Shown here one piece after another: positions 26,685 to 39,332 of a DNA stretch of 44,197 bases. Made by a program: the position numbers and the translations under genes. The DNA comes from Tubiluchus corallicola (lineage: Eukaryota > Animalia > Priapulida): the NCBI GenBank assembly GCA_030141605.1, contig JAQGDQ010001368.1:1-44197 (forward strand), in the 5' to 3' direction. The notes below the pieces were generated by a model, which made no database searches, was not told the origin of the DNA, and saw nothing but the letters and a program-made list of their open reading frames with translations. Each line of letters opens with the position of its first letter. Position 1 is the first letter of the stretch.

Positions 26685-26975
26685 AAAATCTTTATTTGCC
26701 ATTTTAAAAACATTGACCATCATAATAAAAGACAGACAATCAGTGTTAGTTCATATAAAAACATACACTGTTCTGGGCAAATGCGTCTGCTGCAAGCTAA
26801 ACTATAAGTGCAACTAGAAATTCAAAAATAAAATATAAACTAGTTTAGTAAGGTCTAGGAAAAATGAAATTGTGATTTGAGTAAGTATCATCGTGTTCGT
26901 GTGTCGGATATTCAAAACGAGTCATTAAATGTTTTTTTTTAATTTAGACTTGAATATTGATAAAGAGCTGCTGTA
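26685..26975 (-). mobile_element. L2/Crack-like LINE 3' end
   Basis: Minus strand ...FKSKLK..., 3'UTR ending GGCAAATAAAGATTTT; homologous to 38500-38630 (+) and similar to 36680-36800 (-). Confidence 0.65.
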
Positions 26976-28199
26976 AATCGTGCATTATAGCTTAACATTA
27001 AATTTTGTATGGCTATAAGAACAAACACCTAATTTCTAGAAAAATATTTTAAAAAATACGGAAAATGGAGGCAAATCGATGGTGGATTGAAAAGTAATTG
27101 TGGTTTCTTTTTTTAAAAGGATTTTTTGTTAATTAAAACTTACGAATGTAACATTGAATGACTTCAAAACATTGCTGGATAGGGTGAATTGCTGAGTGGT
27201 CACGGCATGTTAATGGACACGTTAGTTAATGATCAACATTAGGATGTTAATGTGAAAAAAGTCCAGCGCGAAGAAAAAGTGAAAACGAGGCAAAATAGTT
27301 CCGGAATAAGATCAAAACAACATCGCGAAAATAGACTGCATAAATTGACCTATCTACTGACTACATCTTCCAGCATCAACAGTCAACACTAAATGAGCAA
27401 CAGAGCATAACAGAAAGAGGGAGGGAAAGAGTTAACGTCACGGAATGCAGTAATTGGGCCATGACAGAATGTGGTAAACATTTCTGAGAATGTGGAGCAA
27501 AATAATGTCAGCAGCAACAATAACAACAAATCGCTTGAAATGAGGTTAGCCGTTAGCTGATGTTCTTATCTTTGTCCTACCAAGCTTATGCTTCATCGAG
27601 CACTTTTGCAAGGACATTTTATAACTTTCGACTGGTTTATTTAAAGTCTGGCGAGAACTTTTATTAAGAGACGCTAATGTCGCGATAAGAACTTCTTTAT
27701 CTGAGCAGCTGTAAACAAAATTATGCAAAAATTCCTTAAGTACACGGGTGAAAAATTTTCCCTGGCTAGCCAAGAGAAGAGATTGTTTGCTTTAGGCTTA
27801 ACTATAGTAAAAAAGCGCTCGATAAATATTTGAAGCGTGTCTAGACGTTTATAGACATGCAGTTAGAGACTTTAAGATCGTCCAATTGATAAGATAATGT
27901 ACTTCATTGATGTAGCTGAGCTATTAAAACTTGTCTGGGTAAAGAAAGTCTGTAAACTTGAGACTCATTCAAGGATTACTTCAAGAAGTGATAAGAAGTT
28001 GTGGCTGCACAGCAAAGAAATGTGAGGCGCTTGACACTTGCTTAAGAAGACCATTGGTAGCTCGGTAGTTGGTAATTCGGATCCACAATTAGATACTGTT
28101 AGTCTCAGTAAATGGACAATGGCATTTACAATTGGAAATAGTTATTATTTGATACTTTGGAATTATTATAAGAATTAACAAAGATATTTTTCTTGTTAA

Positions 28200-28877
28200 A
28201 ACACAAAAAACCTCCACTTACATAAAGCTTAAAAAGCGTCCTGAAATTTTATACCCCTTTCATATTGCCTTTTTACATGCAGGACTTGCGTCGACAGTAA
28301 CGCTGTATAAAACACGTAAATTTGAACTCCCACGATGACCGTTAGGCGCAGCCATTTTAATGGTAGGTCGTTTGAAACAAGTCTAGATAACATTGAGTAA
28401 AGTTTGAAAAAATAATCAGAGCATTCGTAGCGCACACGTCACTAACTAAATAAAATTTTAAATTACTGTATTTTGTCAATAAGATAAAAAATACGTTTTT
28501 GGTTAGTGAGTGGTGCACCCTGGAAGTGAGTCAGCGACATTTTACCAATTGGTGAAACATTTTAAATAATTAATAATTTTCTTTTCTAGTTACATAAATC
28601 TTTCCAGCAGGTAAGCGAAATGCTAAATAATAAACATTTGCATGGAAAGTTTTTTGGGACATAATTTAACATTTCCTTTTCTTCCCTTGATTTACGTTGT
28701 GCGTATATGACGTCATGTAATGGCGACTTCGGAACAGTATTGCGGGAGATTTAAAATAAAAAAAACAAAAATTCCCTTCAATGCGAGTACGATATGCGCA
28801 TGAAATTGCTATAAAGTAATATAGTTTTTTAAGGCGATTTTTCTGAAACCTACTTCAGGTATCTGTTTTCTTGCCCT
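28200..28877 (+). mobile_element. Kolobok-like element family A copy 2
   Basis: TTAA on both sides; co-linear with 1577-2249. Confidence 0.8.
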
Positions 28878-28907
28878 TTAAGCAATGATTGTGAAGATAT
28901 TTCACTA

Positions 28908-28967
28908 GGCCATATCACGTTGAAAACACCGGTTTTCGTCTGATCACCGAAGTTAAGTAACGTAGAG
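28908..28967 (+). pseudogene. 5S rRNA 5'-half fragment
   Basis: GGCCATATCACGTTGAAAACACCGGTTTTCGTCTGATCACCGAAGTTAAGTAACGTAGAG. Confidence 0.85.
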
Positions 28968-29425
28968 TCTCCTGGATTGCTTGATTTGTTTCCAAAACGC
29001 TTCTCTTACGAAGGTTACACTTATTAAAACATCATGATCTTATTCGTTACTTAGGACAGTTCTTACCAATCTTCGTATCCAAAATTTTAGTAACAAAATT
29101 AGTAACTGTCTGAGTTACCAATTAACCCTCCTTTTAGGGACAGTCTCCTGAATTGTTTGATTTGTTTCCAAAACGTTTCTCTTACGAAGGTTGCACTTAT
29201 TAAAACATCATGATCTTATTAGTTACTTAGGACAGTTCTTACCAATCTTCGTATCCAAAATTTTAGTAACAAAATTAGTAACTGTCTGAGTTACCAATTA
29301 ACCCTCCTTTTAGGGACAGTCTCCTGAATTGTTTGATTCGTTTCCAAAACGTTTCTCTTATAAAGGTCGCCCTTATTAAAACATCATGATCTTACTAGTT
29401 ACGTAGGACAGTTTTTAGCAATCTT
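28967..29425. repeat. 176-bp tandem repeat, ~2.6 copies
   Basis: GTCTCCTG unit starts at 28967, 29143, 29319. Confidence 0.93.
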
Positions 29426-29829
29426 ATCACTGTACCAATAAGCCATCGACTCGAAATTTTGTCGATGTGGCAATTACTTTGTGTTTCCCATCGTAACTTT
29501 GAATCAAGGAGACACTATCAGTGATCGCCGATCAGTAATCAGACCGTCAGTCCTTAATTGCCTCCTTGAACGTAGACGGTAAAGTAAAAGGCAGTACAAA
29601 GTTGACAAAGTGATAAACAGAACAGATTTTTCTGCCCTTGATGTAATCTTTACTCTGTAGATTAAGTTTGTACTATGAAAGTTTGAATTACCATGCGGTA
29701 AGGTCGCTCCGTCTGTGATTGTCATAAACTGTTTAATGGCGAATAGTGGACATTGTTATCAGTTATAGCATGTTATCAAAAAGCTGGCGACAGACTGACC
29801 ACCAGGGCTAGATTATCTTACAAGCTAGT

Positions 29830-30193
29830 TGTTGTGGAAATCGCTGGCATCTATTAGAATTAAATAGAACATTGTAGAATGTTCCGTTAGAATAATCGTC
29901 TTACCTTGTAGGATGTTCTAGAAAGAAACGTCTAGAATGTTCCCTGGCACCCTATATAAGCCGAAGCAGGCCACTGATACGCGGATTCGCACGGATTCAC
30001 ACTTACCCATTCTCTTGTATACTTACATTTTCAGATACACTCAAACGTTTTCCAGATTTTCACGTTTAGTGTTATCATTTCGCGTTCCTTCATACTTTTG
30101 TGTTGTAGAATTCTCGCTCAATAAACTAGTTTAATTTTATGAAGTGTTTTCTGGTTTTCTCTACGAGCCTTCCGAGAGAAACAAAACACAACA
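29830..30193 (+). mobile_element. Solo LTR (364 bp; BEL/Pao- or Gypsy-type)
   Basis: TGTTGTG...CACAACA inverted termini, perfect 5-bp TSD CTAGT, TATATAAG at ~29953, AATAAA at 30120. Confidence 0.9.
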
Positions 30194-30210
30194 CTAGTAT
30201 AGGATGCAGC

Positions 30211-30541
30211 CCAGGGCCTGTCATCCCTCAAGCTTTAGTAACATTTGACAAAAAACTGCTTTTTTTACTATGGTTATGTTAAAATACGTGCTAATTTGGT
30301 TTTTGGGTAGCAATAAATGGTAATAAGCAGTGGTATTTCTTAAAGAATGTTCTTATTGACAAACAAAAGGTATTTTAGTTTATTTAAGGAATTTGCAATA
30401 AGTTTACTATGTAAATATTTACTTAAACGTATCACGAGCAAAAATGTTCAAGATGGTGCGGGCAAGTTATTGCTGGCTCCGTGTGAAGGGGCCCTTAGAT
30501 ATATTAACCTAGTGGCCCAGAAAGGTCATAATCCGGACCTG
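30211..30541. mobile_element. Old hAT-like MITE remnant
   Basis: CAGGGCC...CATAATCCGGACCTG ends; 30295-30450 is homologous to 38805-38955 and the end resembles 39770-39800. Confidence 0.45.
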
Positions 30542-31856
30542 CTGACCATAGACAATAACTCCATCCTGTTGTTGTCTTCGCAGGGGCAACAATAACAATT
30601 GATATTTGTATTTATTTTTACTAAAAAATATATATATATGCCTTTGCAGTTGATAAAGATTTCTGCCAAGTTCTTATGCAGAACTAAACTGGTTCAATCT
30701 GCCTCGGACGAAACTTCATAACGTATGTTTGTATAAAATTTTCACATTAATCTTAGATGCATAATACTTATAATTAAATGACAAGAACAAGGAAAAACAA
30801 AAATATTTGTTATTATTTATTTTTTTATAATATCATTTTTACGTGTTTTCAACGGTGCCGTTTATACAACAAACGAATGAATACATTCAATGGTAATTTT
30901 GCACTATATACATAAATGTATTTTACACTAGATTGAAGAGAAGTACAAAAATAATATTGTAGGAAAGTACTTTAAACTACATTTTTACATTATCTAAATT
31001 AATTAAATTTTAAGTTGTTTTTCAAATTTCAAGCCATTTGTACGCATGATACATGTAATTTTTCAAAGCATTTGTCTTGCGTTTAAACAGTAAAAATAAT
31101 TTTTTGACTTTTTAATCTCGAGTAACGTAATACTAGTCACTCTCTTCACATTGTGCGCTGCACGTGACAATGTCAGTTCCGGTTTTCCTGCCGGACCCCT
31201 TGTATTGATTTCACGAATTCGCGGTATTACAGTTGGCAAGTTGCCAACATGCATGAGCGTACCATGACGTAGCATTTAGTGTACAGATCAATAGCCTTAC
31301 AACTCTGCAGGAGGCGGGTAAATTTCCACAGAATGGCTGTGAATTTTCTCATCAAACTATTTAAATCATACAGAGGAAACTTTATAAAACTATAATTTTC
31401 AACAGAAATATCGAAAACTATACATTTATCCGTATAAATGACAACAATTACAACATTATAGTGAAAGCTAATGAAAATGTTTAAATAATATTATAATTAA
31501 CTTATGTATACATTTCAATCCTAATTAGGCCATATGGTCAAATCAATTACTGCATGATTAACTGACCAATTTAAATCACATAATACTGCAACTAAGTTCT
31601 CATAGCTCTATACTCCAGCTGACCACAACATAGCGTTCTTTGAGCGCTTTTCCAAATGAAGAGACACACCATTCAGCTCTCCCGGGTTTTGCTCAGCCTC
31701 TCTGTTCTTTCTTTGGGGCACTTTAGCTCCACTTTGGTAGGTCTTTCCAGTCAAATTTCGTTCGATGCCTCACCGAAGTTTCCAATATACAGCATTTTAT
31801 CACAGATACAGACAGGACCTGGTTATGTACAAGTGAGGGAAGTCGAAGATTTCCCG

Positions 31857-32267
31857 TTACGCTGAAATAGTCCGTGATTTCTTAGATTTCCTTCGGCGGA
31901 CAGCCCTACACAGTCGTGAAACAATACCGTCTGAAGAAGTCTGACCATCGTCACTCGAACTACTGCTCTCAGATGCCGTCTTGTGTCTTCTCAGGTCGCA
32001 CGGAAGTTCTAACGTCTCATCGGCAAAGCGAATTCTGGGTCTCTCGGACACTGTCCGTCTTCTAGAACCTTCTGGAACGGTGAGCTGTTTGCCGGAGGAC
32101 TTAGAACTGGAGCCCGGTAGGCTCATCTGTCTAGCTCTGATCTGTTTTTGCCTCTTCTGTAGTTTCTCGCTGCCACAAGAATCGTCGGACGAACAAGAAG
32201 ATGACGACCGATTTCGACCCGAATACAAATCGTAGTTGTTCTTAACGTGTGGAACCATAAACGCCAT
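31857..32267 (-). CDS. Small intronless Ser/Arg-rich protein, paralogue 2 (136 aa, starts MAFMVPHVKNNYDLY), function unknown
   Basis: AGAATGG start context; shares MAFMVPHVKNNYDLY, RQMSxPG, TxPExSRRRTVSERPR and a basic C-terminal segment with paralogue 1. Confidence 0.9.
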   Translation of the reverse strand: MAFMVPHVKNNYDLYSGRNRSSSSCSSDDSCGSEKLQKRQKQIRARQMSLPGSSSKSSGKQLTVPEGSRRRTVSERPRIRFADETLELPCDLRRHKTASESSSSSDDGQTSSDGIVSRLCRAVRRRKSKKSRTISA

Positions 32268-32359
32268 TCTTATATCGCACTCTTTCTAACTTATTTCCAC
32301 TAAAAATGATGCGGCTATATCGAAATTCAAACGAGCTTTTCAGTAACTTCTCTGTAACG

Positions 32360-32580
32360 CTGCTAAATGAATGACTGAATGACTCGTGCAGCCGGCTAGT
32401 TATAAAGGCTACGAGAGCATTTAACAACGCGCTAGCTGATTGGTTGAAAGGCGTCATGGCGGCAGTGACGTCACGAGTGACAGTCACGTGCTCACGCAGC
32501 CGTCTAGTCTGCAACACGCGAAGTCGAAGGTGAAATCGTGCATCGACAATTCCACACGGATAAACCAGTAATGGAGTTTT
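32360..32580 (-). promoter_or_regulatory. Putative promoter of paralogue 2
   Basis: CACGTGAC E-box (32483-32490), palindromic CRE GTGACGTCAC (32465-32474), AACCAATCAG (32436-32445), TTTATAA (~32400-32406), TCATTC/TCAGTC initiator-like motifs ~25-30 nt downstream, CCATTACTGG (32565-32574). Confidence 0.7.
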
Positions 32581-32859
32581 TATAATTTAGAGATAAGACG
32601 ACAGATTTGTATCGGTGTATCACAGTGATGCACTCTCTGCTCACGACAACACAGCTGACACAAATTCAGTCTGATAGTTTGATAAAATGTGCGATTCGTA
32701 ACAGCTGCTGTTTTTGACTTTTGCAAAACTTTTAGGCCACAGATGTAAAGGATAAAACTGTCTGTTCGTGAATAATAATTTTTAACGCCCGTCCAATATT
32801 AACAAAAAAAAGTTGTCGAGCCTGGCTCTATTAACAATTTTTTTTGAAAGCAAGAGGAT

Positions 32860-33495
32860 CAGTCTTCTCTAGAGACAAAGTTAAGAAGTCTTGATGCACC
32901 TGTGATGGCTGTGTTTCTCTATAACTCAGAATTATGGACAATCAAAGCACAACACGAATCAGAAATTGGTGCATTTCAAAGAAGAAACTGCAGGAACATT
33001 CTAGAAATAAAATGATCAAAGAAAATGTCAAATCAGCAGCTGTATAATAAAGTCAAGGCAGAGGAACTGACAGTTAAAATCAAAGGAGAAGATTAAGATG
33101 GATAGATCATGTTATACGACTACCAGATGACACCCCATTAAAATTAGTATGTGCAGAAAGAAAAGAGACCACAAGATGGACAGCTGCTGACTTACATCAA
33201 TTTCATCCAAAAAGATCTTATCAACACACCATTAGATATCAGAAATATAGAGACATGGGAGGTTGCTGGTGACAGAGCAGCATGGAGTAAAGTGATCAGG
33301 AGGGTCACCTCCTAAGATGTGTCAGATGTTGTCAAGTTGTAAGATGTTGTCAGAAGACGTGTGGTCAATTTTGATGATGACCACGACGACGATGATGATG
33401 ATGACGACGACGATTCTACTTTCATCCAAAAAGACATGGGAGGTTGCAGGTGACAGAGAAGCATGGAGTAAAGTGATTGCAAGGGTCATGTCAGA
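32860..33495 (+). mobile_element. RTE-clade LINE 3' remnant
   Basis: Decayed peptide VFLYNSELWTIK...IGAFQRRNCRNILEIK*...RLRWIDHVIRLPDDTP...DRAAWSKVI; terminal ~60 bp duplicated at ~33430-33490. Confidence 0.85.
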
Positions 33496-33616
33496 GGACG
33501 TGGAAATGAATAAGTTTAAACTGTAGACATTTCGTAGTAAATTTTGCAGTTATTAATACACTATATAGTCGTATAAACTCAGATGGGGTCCAGTTGTAAA
33601 CGACATGGTTCCTTAA

Positions 33617-34105
33617 AGGGGGAGAAAAACGAATTTTGATATCGTTTTATTGTGATATTTTCCAAAAAAAACTCATATTCGACTACTTTGCATTATGCTC
33701 GATGCTTGAAAGACTCAAGTAATTGGAAAAGAAAATTCTTAATAATTTAAAAATAATTGAAAATGTTCACGCTGATTGGTGAAACGATACTGGCTCACCT
33801 TCCCAGTTTACACCACTGGCTCAACAATAAAAACACATTATTGACAACATAAAGTAATCTAAACTTTTGCTGAAGAGTGCGCTGCGAATGCTCTGATTAT
33901 TTTTTCAAACTTTACGCAGTGTGTTATCAAAACTTGTTTCAAACGACTTGTCATTGAAATGGCTGCGCCTAACTGTCATGGCGGGAGTTTAAATTTAGAG
34001 GTATGTATAGCATGACTGTCAACTCGAGCCCGGTATGCAGTAAGACAGCATATAGATGACAATGATTCAAAACGAATTTTTCAAGCTTCATGTATGAGGA
34101 GTGCT
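33617..34105 (-). mobile_element. Diverged Kolobok-like element related to family A
   Basis: TTAA|AGGGGGAG ... GTGCT|TTAA; 33870-34090 is a reverse-complement homologue of ~1620-1830. Confidence 0.6.
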
Positions 34106-35307
34106 TTAATGAAATTAGTTGTGGCAGGACGGGTCACCGTCAAAGGTTAGATCATAGTTTAAGATGAAGCATTTAACCAGCAATGATAATATGTGTGTCT
34201 GTTAAAATGACTAGTGGTTAAAGCCCATTGACTGTGCTTAATTTATGCAGTATCCATTTACTGAACAGATCCGATACTGCTTAACTGTGGTCGCTAAGTA
34301 AATCTTAACACCTCCCTCGTTCTGGGAGTCTCGCATTGACTACTGGGATGCCTTTACTTGAATAAAGGCTGGTTCACTTTTTTCAGTTAGTTTTTCAGTC
34401 AGGAAGTCGATGACAGAAAAAAACGCGTCTTTATTCTTAGATTTCCAAATTTTTTTTGGAAAAGTTATCACATGACGATTCAACTCTACTATTCTGAGTT
34501 ATTAGGACAGTTAGTTGGCTACGATACTTGGCCACGTTCACGCCACATATTTCGCAATTGCATCATTCTTATTAATGCACAATATTTTTGGCAACGTGCC
34601 AAATCAAAGAGACACGTGATAAGAACATTCAACATACGGCGTAGATCAAAATGATTTCTTATCACGCGCTCAACTGCCATCAACCGGTTGTATGGAATGT
34701 TAGCCTTGGCACGGTGCCAATTATTACCACATGTGAGCATATGAGACATTTATATTTGTCAACAGTTCGTAATCTTTGAATTATCCACTCAGATGAAAGA
34801 TAATAAAAAGGCAGAGTTATTTGACAAAGGCGTCCCTAATTCCTTAATCTCTATACTATTCTGAATTACACAATCAAATCTTCTTCTTCTTCTTCTTGAA
34901 AAGCCCGTCACGTCTACTGTAGACATTGGGCAGGCAGAATTCTAAAATAAAAGAAATCTGCCTTCAGACAGGTAAACGCAGCAGTAATCCAGTAAAAAAA
35001 CTAGACACTGCTACGCCAATGGCTTGTCAGCACCACTTCCGTTATACACAATCAAATGGCTTATTTAATGGTAGTTTAGCAATCACGTGCTAAAAATGAG
35101 TCACGTGATTCACGTGTTTTGTGTTGCGTTATTCCATCTGTGTTCACGCTGCGTACAGCATTGTGTTTCTTCAACACTGCAGCTTGTGTTTTTCCATTGT
35201 TAATATCCCATATTTTACAGTAATTAAAACACTGTGCAAAATTTTCCTTTGTGTCCAAAGCTGAATGCCCCAAAATGCATTTCGCTATTTTCACCGCAGA
35301 CAACTTA

Positions 35308-35834
35308 CCGTATTTTCCCATGTATAAGACACCCTTGTGTATAAGAGACCACTTCAATTTTTAGGCAAAAATTCTGGAAAAAAGTTTTTTGGTAATGAAT
35401 AACTTTATTCATCATAGAAATCATTAAATTCCTTACAACCGCTTCATAGTCGAACGCGACACGCCTTGCTTAGGCTGACTCATCTCGTTGACCTCTGCCG
35501 ACGTATCAATGACGTCGACGGGCATGCAGAGAGCTTATGCAGATGCGTTGATTGGCTGCAGAACAATCGATTTCTCTCCAATACCAAAGAGACATTTAAA
35601 AAAATAATAACTTACCCGGTACATTAATTTTATCATTAGAATTTAGCCATGGAGAAGATTTATTGAAAGGAAACTATAATTATTCGAAATAAAACAGTTG
35701 TAGAGCACTTATTTCCTTAAAATCATTAGTGTCACAATTTATGCATCTTATTGAAAAGACTTACTCCCATGTATAAGAGATTTAAAGTGAAAATTCTGAG
35801 CAAAAAAGGGTCTCTTATACACGGGAAAATACGG
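35308..35834. mobile_element. pogo/Tigger-like MITE
   Basis: TA|CCGTATTTTCCCATGTATAAGA ... TCTTATACACGGGAAAATACGG|TA; internal GTGTATAAGAG subrepeats. Confidence 0.88.
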
Positions 35835-36003
35835 TAATTATCTTTCTGTGAAGTTCCTCCTTTTCCTTTTATTTGGGTGCATATTGGTTAATGCAGTCAC
35901 TCATCCATTTTCTTGCCAGCCTAGACGCTGTTGAACTATCACAACCGTTCAGCTGTTCCTCACACACACACTCTCTCTCTAAGATTGTTGGAATTCCGTT
36001 TAA

Positions 36004-36629
36004 CCTGTACAGGCTCACGGGGGGGGGGGGGGGTAAAAATTACCCCCAGACCAATTTTTTCCATTTTTCGCTTTTACCATACGCATCCCAGTAAACCTTT
36101 TCTATGAGTTTTTCTAAATATGTTTTGTGCACAAAATACTTTCAGTTATTTATTTTAGGCGCATTGTTTCACCACGAAGTAAAAGTGAAAATGCAATATG
36201 TCGATTTTAAAATTGTCGAAACTTTACTTCGCTTGTCTATACATTATACAGGCGATGTATCTCATAAAACAAAATGTCAGTTACTCAAATTACTCCACCT
36301 AAAAGAAGAAAGTAGTAGACAATAAATTCAAAATCACAATGATTTTTGCACACGCGCTAGCAATGTCGGTTGTCTACAGTTATTCCAGCATAGATAAGGG
36401 AACGTAACTAAGTGAATTTAAATTTCGTATTACTAGTAAGTCACATGTCTTTAAGCAGAAGTATAATGTACTCTATGGTGATCAGCATAACCACAAATTA
36501 TGCTGTTTACTAATGAAACACGGTGGTTTATGATTATCAAAAGCAATTTACGAATTATGGTGGGGTAATATTTTACCCCCCCCCCCCGGTTACCAAAATC
36601 GGTCGTTAAAAATTGTGACCCTATAAGGG
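36004..36629. mobile_element. piggyBac-like MITE (second family)
   Basis: TTAA|CCTGTACAGGCTCAC ... GTGACCCTATAAGGG|TTAA; subterminal GGGGTAA..TTACCCC palindromes. Confidence 0.8.
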
Positions 36630-36677
36630 TTAATAACGTCTTACGCAAGTTATATATATATATATAATAATATATAT

Positions 36678-37455
36678 TAATTCTTTATTTGTCATTAAAA
36701 TGGTTCACTCATGATAATAAAATTGAGTAAGCCTCAGCGTAATGTTAATATAACAACACTGTTCAAGACAAATGCGCCCAGTGCAGACTAAAAAAAACTA
36801 AAGTGTAAAACGAAGGTCTAATTATATACAATAAAGGAACATATTTACAAACACCATATTAAAATATTTTTACAAAACAATATTACAAAAGTACATTAAA
36901 TTTTGCATGACATATTTTACACTATATATACATTTGACATGACACAATTAACAGAAACATGCTTTACATTACATAAATTTCACTCATTACATTTACACTA
37001 TTTATACATTTAACATTACAAAACTAACATAACACGTATTACATTACATAATTTTTTTAAAAAATTCATTTTTAATCGTTTTATGGAGTCAGGGGCGGGG
37101 GTAGATGAAAGTTGAGTCTGTGTAATTAGTATCAGATGCACAATGTGGAAGTTGAAACCTGTTATATTGATATTCTTTTAATTTCTTTTTAAAGTGGTGG
37201 AGAGATTCTATTTGTTTTATTTCACTGGGTAGTAAGTTCCATAAATGTATGGCCTGTTTTGATATAGAGTTATTTCCAAATTTATTGTTTACTGTAATTT
37301 GCTTTAAATTGTTTGTTCTAGTGTTTAAAGTGGTATCAGGGATGAATGCTAAGGGATTGTTTATAAATGGAATGCTCAGTTTGTTGATATATTTATAAAG
37401 AAATATCAGTGTTTTGTAATCTCGATAGGCTTCTAATATTGGTATTTTTGTGGAC
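36678..37455 (-). mobile_element. L2/Crack-like LINE 3' remnant
   Basis: Minus-strand peptide TLIFLYKYIN...NTRTNNL...FGNNSISKQAIHLWNLLPSEIKQIESLHHFKKKLKEY; 3'UTR ending AATAAAGAA. Confidence 0.8.
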
Positions 37456-37666
37456 GTTCTTAAGCTTGTTGCATAAGTTCGTTACGACTTACGAACGATG
37501 TTTCGACCGGTATGAGAGATCGATTCCTATCTATGAAGATTTCCGCCTGACACACTGATTTCACGTGACAGGCGGGTGGTCTGTATGTTTGTGAGGCAAG
37601 ATTAGACTATTTGCTCATAGAGGAAGTCACACAAGCTTTCGTATCATTGACGGCAAACATTCAAAT

Positions 37667-37931
37667 CTGTTTCGTATCGAGATAACGTGGCGCATGTGCT
37701 GCATTGGGGTTCCCCACTTCTGTTTCGTATCGAGATAACATGGGGCATGTGCTGCATTGGGGTTCCCCACTTCTGTTTCGTATCGAGATAACATGGGGCA
37801 TGTGCTGCCTTGGGGTTCCCCACTTCTGTTTCGTATCGAGATAACATGGGGCATGTGCTGCATTGGGGTTCCCCACTTCTGTTTCGTATCGAGATAACGT
37901 GGGGCATGTGCTGCATTGGGGTTCCCCACTT
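37667..37931. repeat. 53-bp minisatellite, 5 copies
   Basis: Unit CTGTTTCGTATCGAGATAACATGGGGCATGTGCTGCATTGGGGTTCCCCACTT. Confidence 0.96.
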
Positions 37932-38086
37932 GTCGGTAAACCAGCAACACGGCCTGCTGGAGCGTCATTAAAATTTGCGTAGAAGGTCACCGTTCTCTCA
38001 CTTCTCAAATGGTTAATGTTTCATCCATGCAGGTGTGAAATTAGGGCCTCTCTTTTTTTAAAATTCATGCTATGTATGTAATATTA

Positions 38087-38390
<304 letters not shown>

Positions 38391-39184
38391 GTTTACCTTT
38401 ACCTCCACGGCCATATTAATTAAATCATAATTTTTTTCATTTTTTTGTGCATAGTTGTAAATATGTTTGATTTTATTCGTCGTTACTTTCCATTACTGCA
38501 CAAAAGTTTAGATTGAACTGACGCATTTGCCTTTAGCAGTGTAAGTTTTTATTAACTAACACTGATTGATCATCTCTGTAAAGTTTTTATCAGTGATTAT
38601 CAATGTATTTTAATGGCAAATAAAGATTATTTTATATATATATGCTGCAGTAGAACGAATTTTCACAAACGTACAATAAAAAAACTAAAAGCAAATTTAC
38701 CCGTGACCAGCGATGGATTATCGTATAGGCCCGGTATACCCTGCAGCCTACGGTCCTCATCAAGCTTTGGGAGCTTCGAAACTGAAATACGTACGTGCAA
38801 ACTTGGTTTGCAATAAACAACAAAAATTGTGGTATTTCTTAAACTATTTTTATTGACAAACAAAAGTTATCCAATCTAGTTTATTAAAAGAATTCGCAAC
38901 GTATTCACTTCAAGCTACGATTAAACGTAACAGTAGTAAATCTATTGAAGACGTGTAGAAGATTTTGGCATTATGAGAATTAAACACTACCGTACTGTGG
39001 CGCCATCTGCCCGAAATTATTAAAACTAAATCAAACAAAGCAAGCAAGTGGGCAGTTAACACCTGATGTTTGGCAATGATGGATCTGTAAAATATTCATC
39101 GGAGAGAAATCACTTACTAATCGTTAAAAGTCAATTTAAGTTTCATATCGAGTTGCCTGAAATTTTTATTTAGGGTATTTTATA

Positions 39185-39332
39185 GACGAAACAAGACGCG
39201 TGCAGGCGAGTGAGAGGGTGGCGCCAACTGAGGGAGGCAAACGAAACAAGACGCGTGCAGGCGAGTGAGAGGGAGGCAGACGAAACAAGACGCTTGCAGG
39301 CGAGTGAGAGGGTGGCGCCGCCTGAGGGAGGC
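39185..39332. repeat. GC-rich short tandem repeat, 3 copies (one internally deleted)
   Basis: ACGAAACAAGACGCGTGCAGGCGAGTGAGAGGG(TGGCGCC..CTGAGGG)AGGC. Confidence 0.9.

Noticed and set aside
27880-28050. Cys-rich stretch (IRSCGCTAKKCEALDTC) suggesting a transposase remnant
   Set aside because: Too short and degraded to assign without a database search
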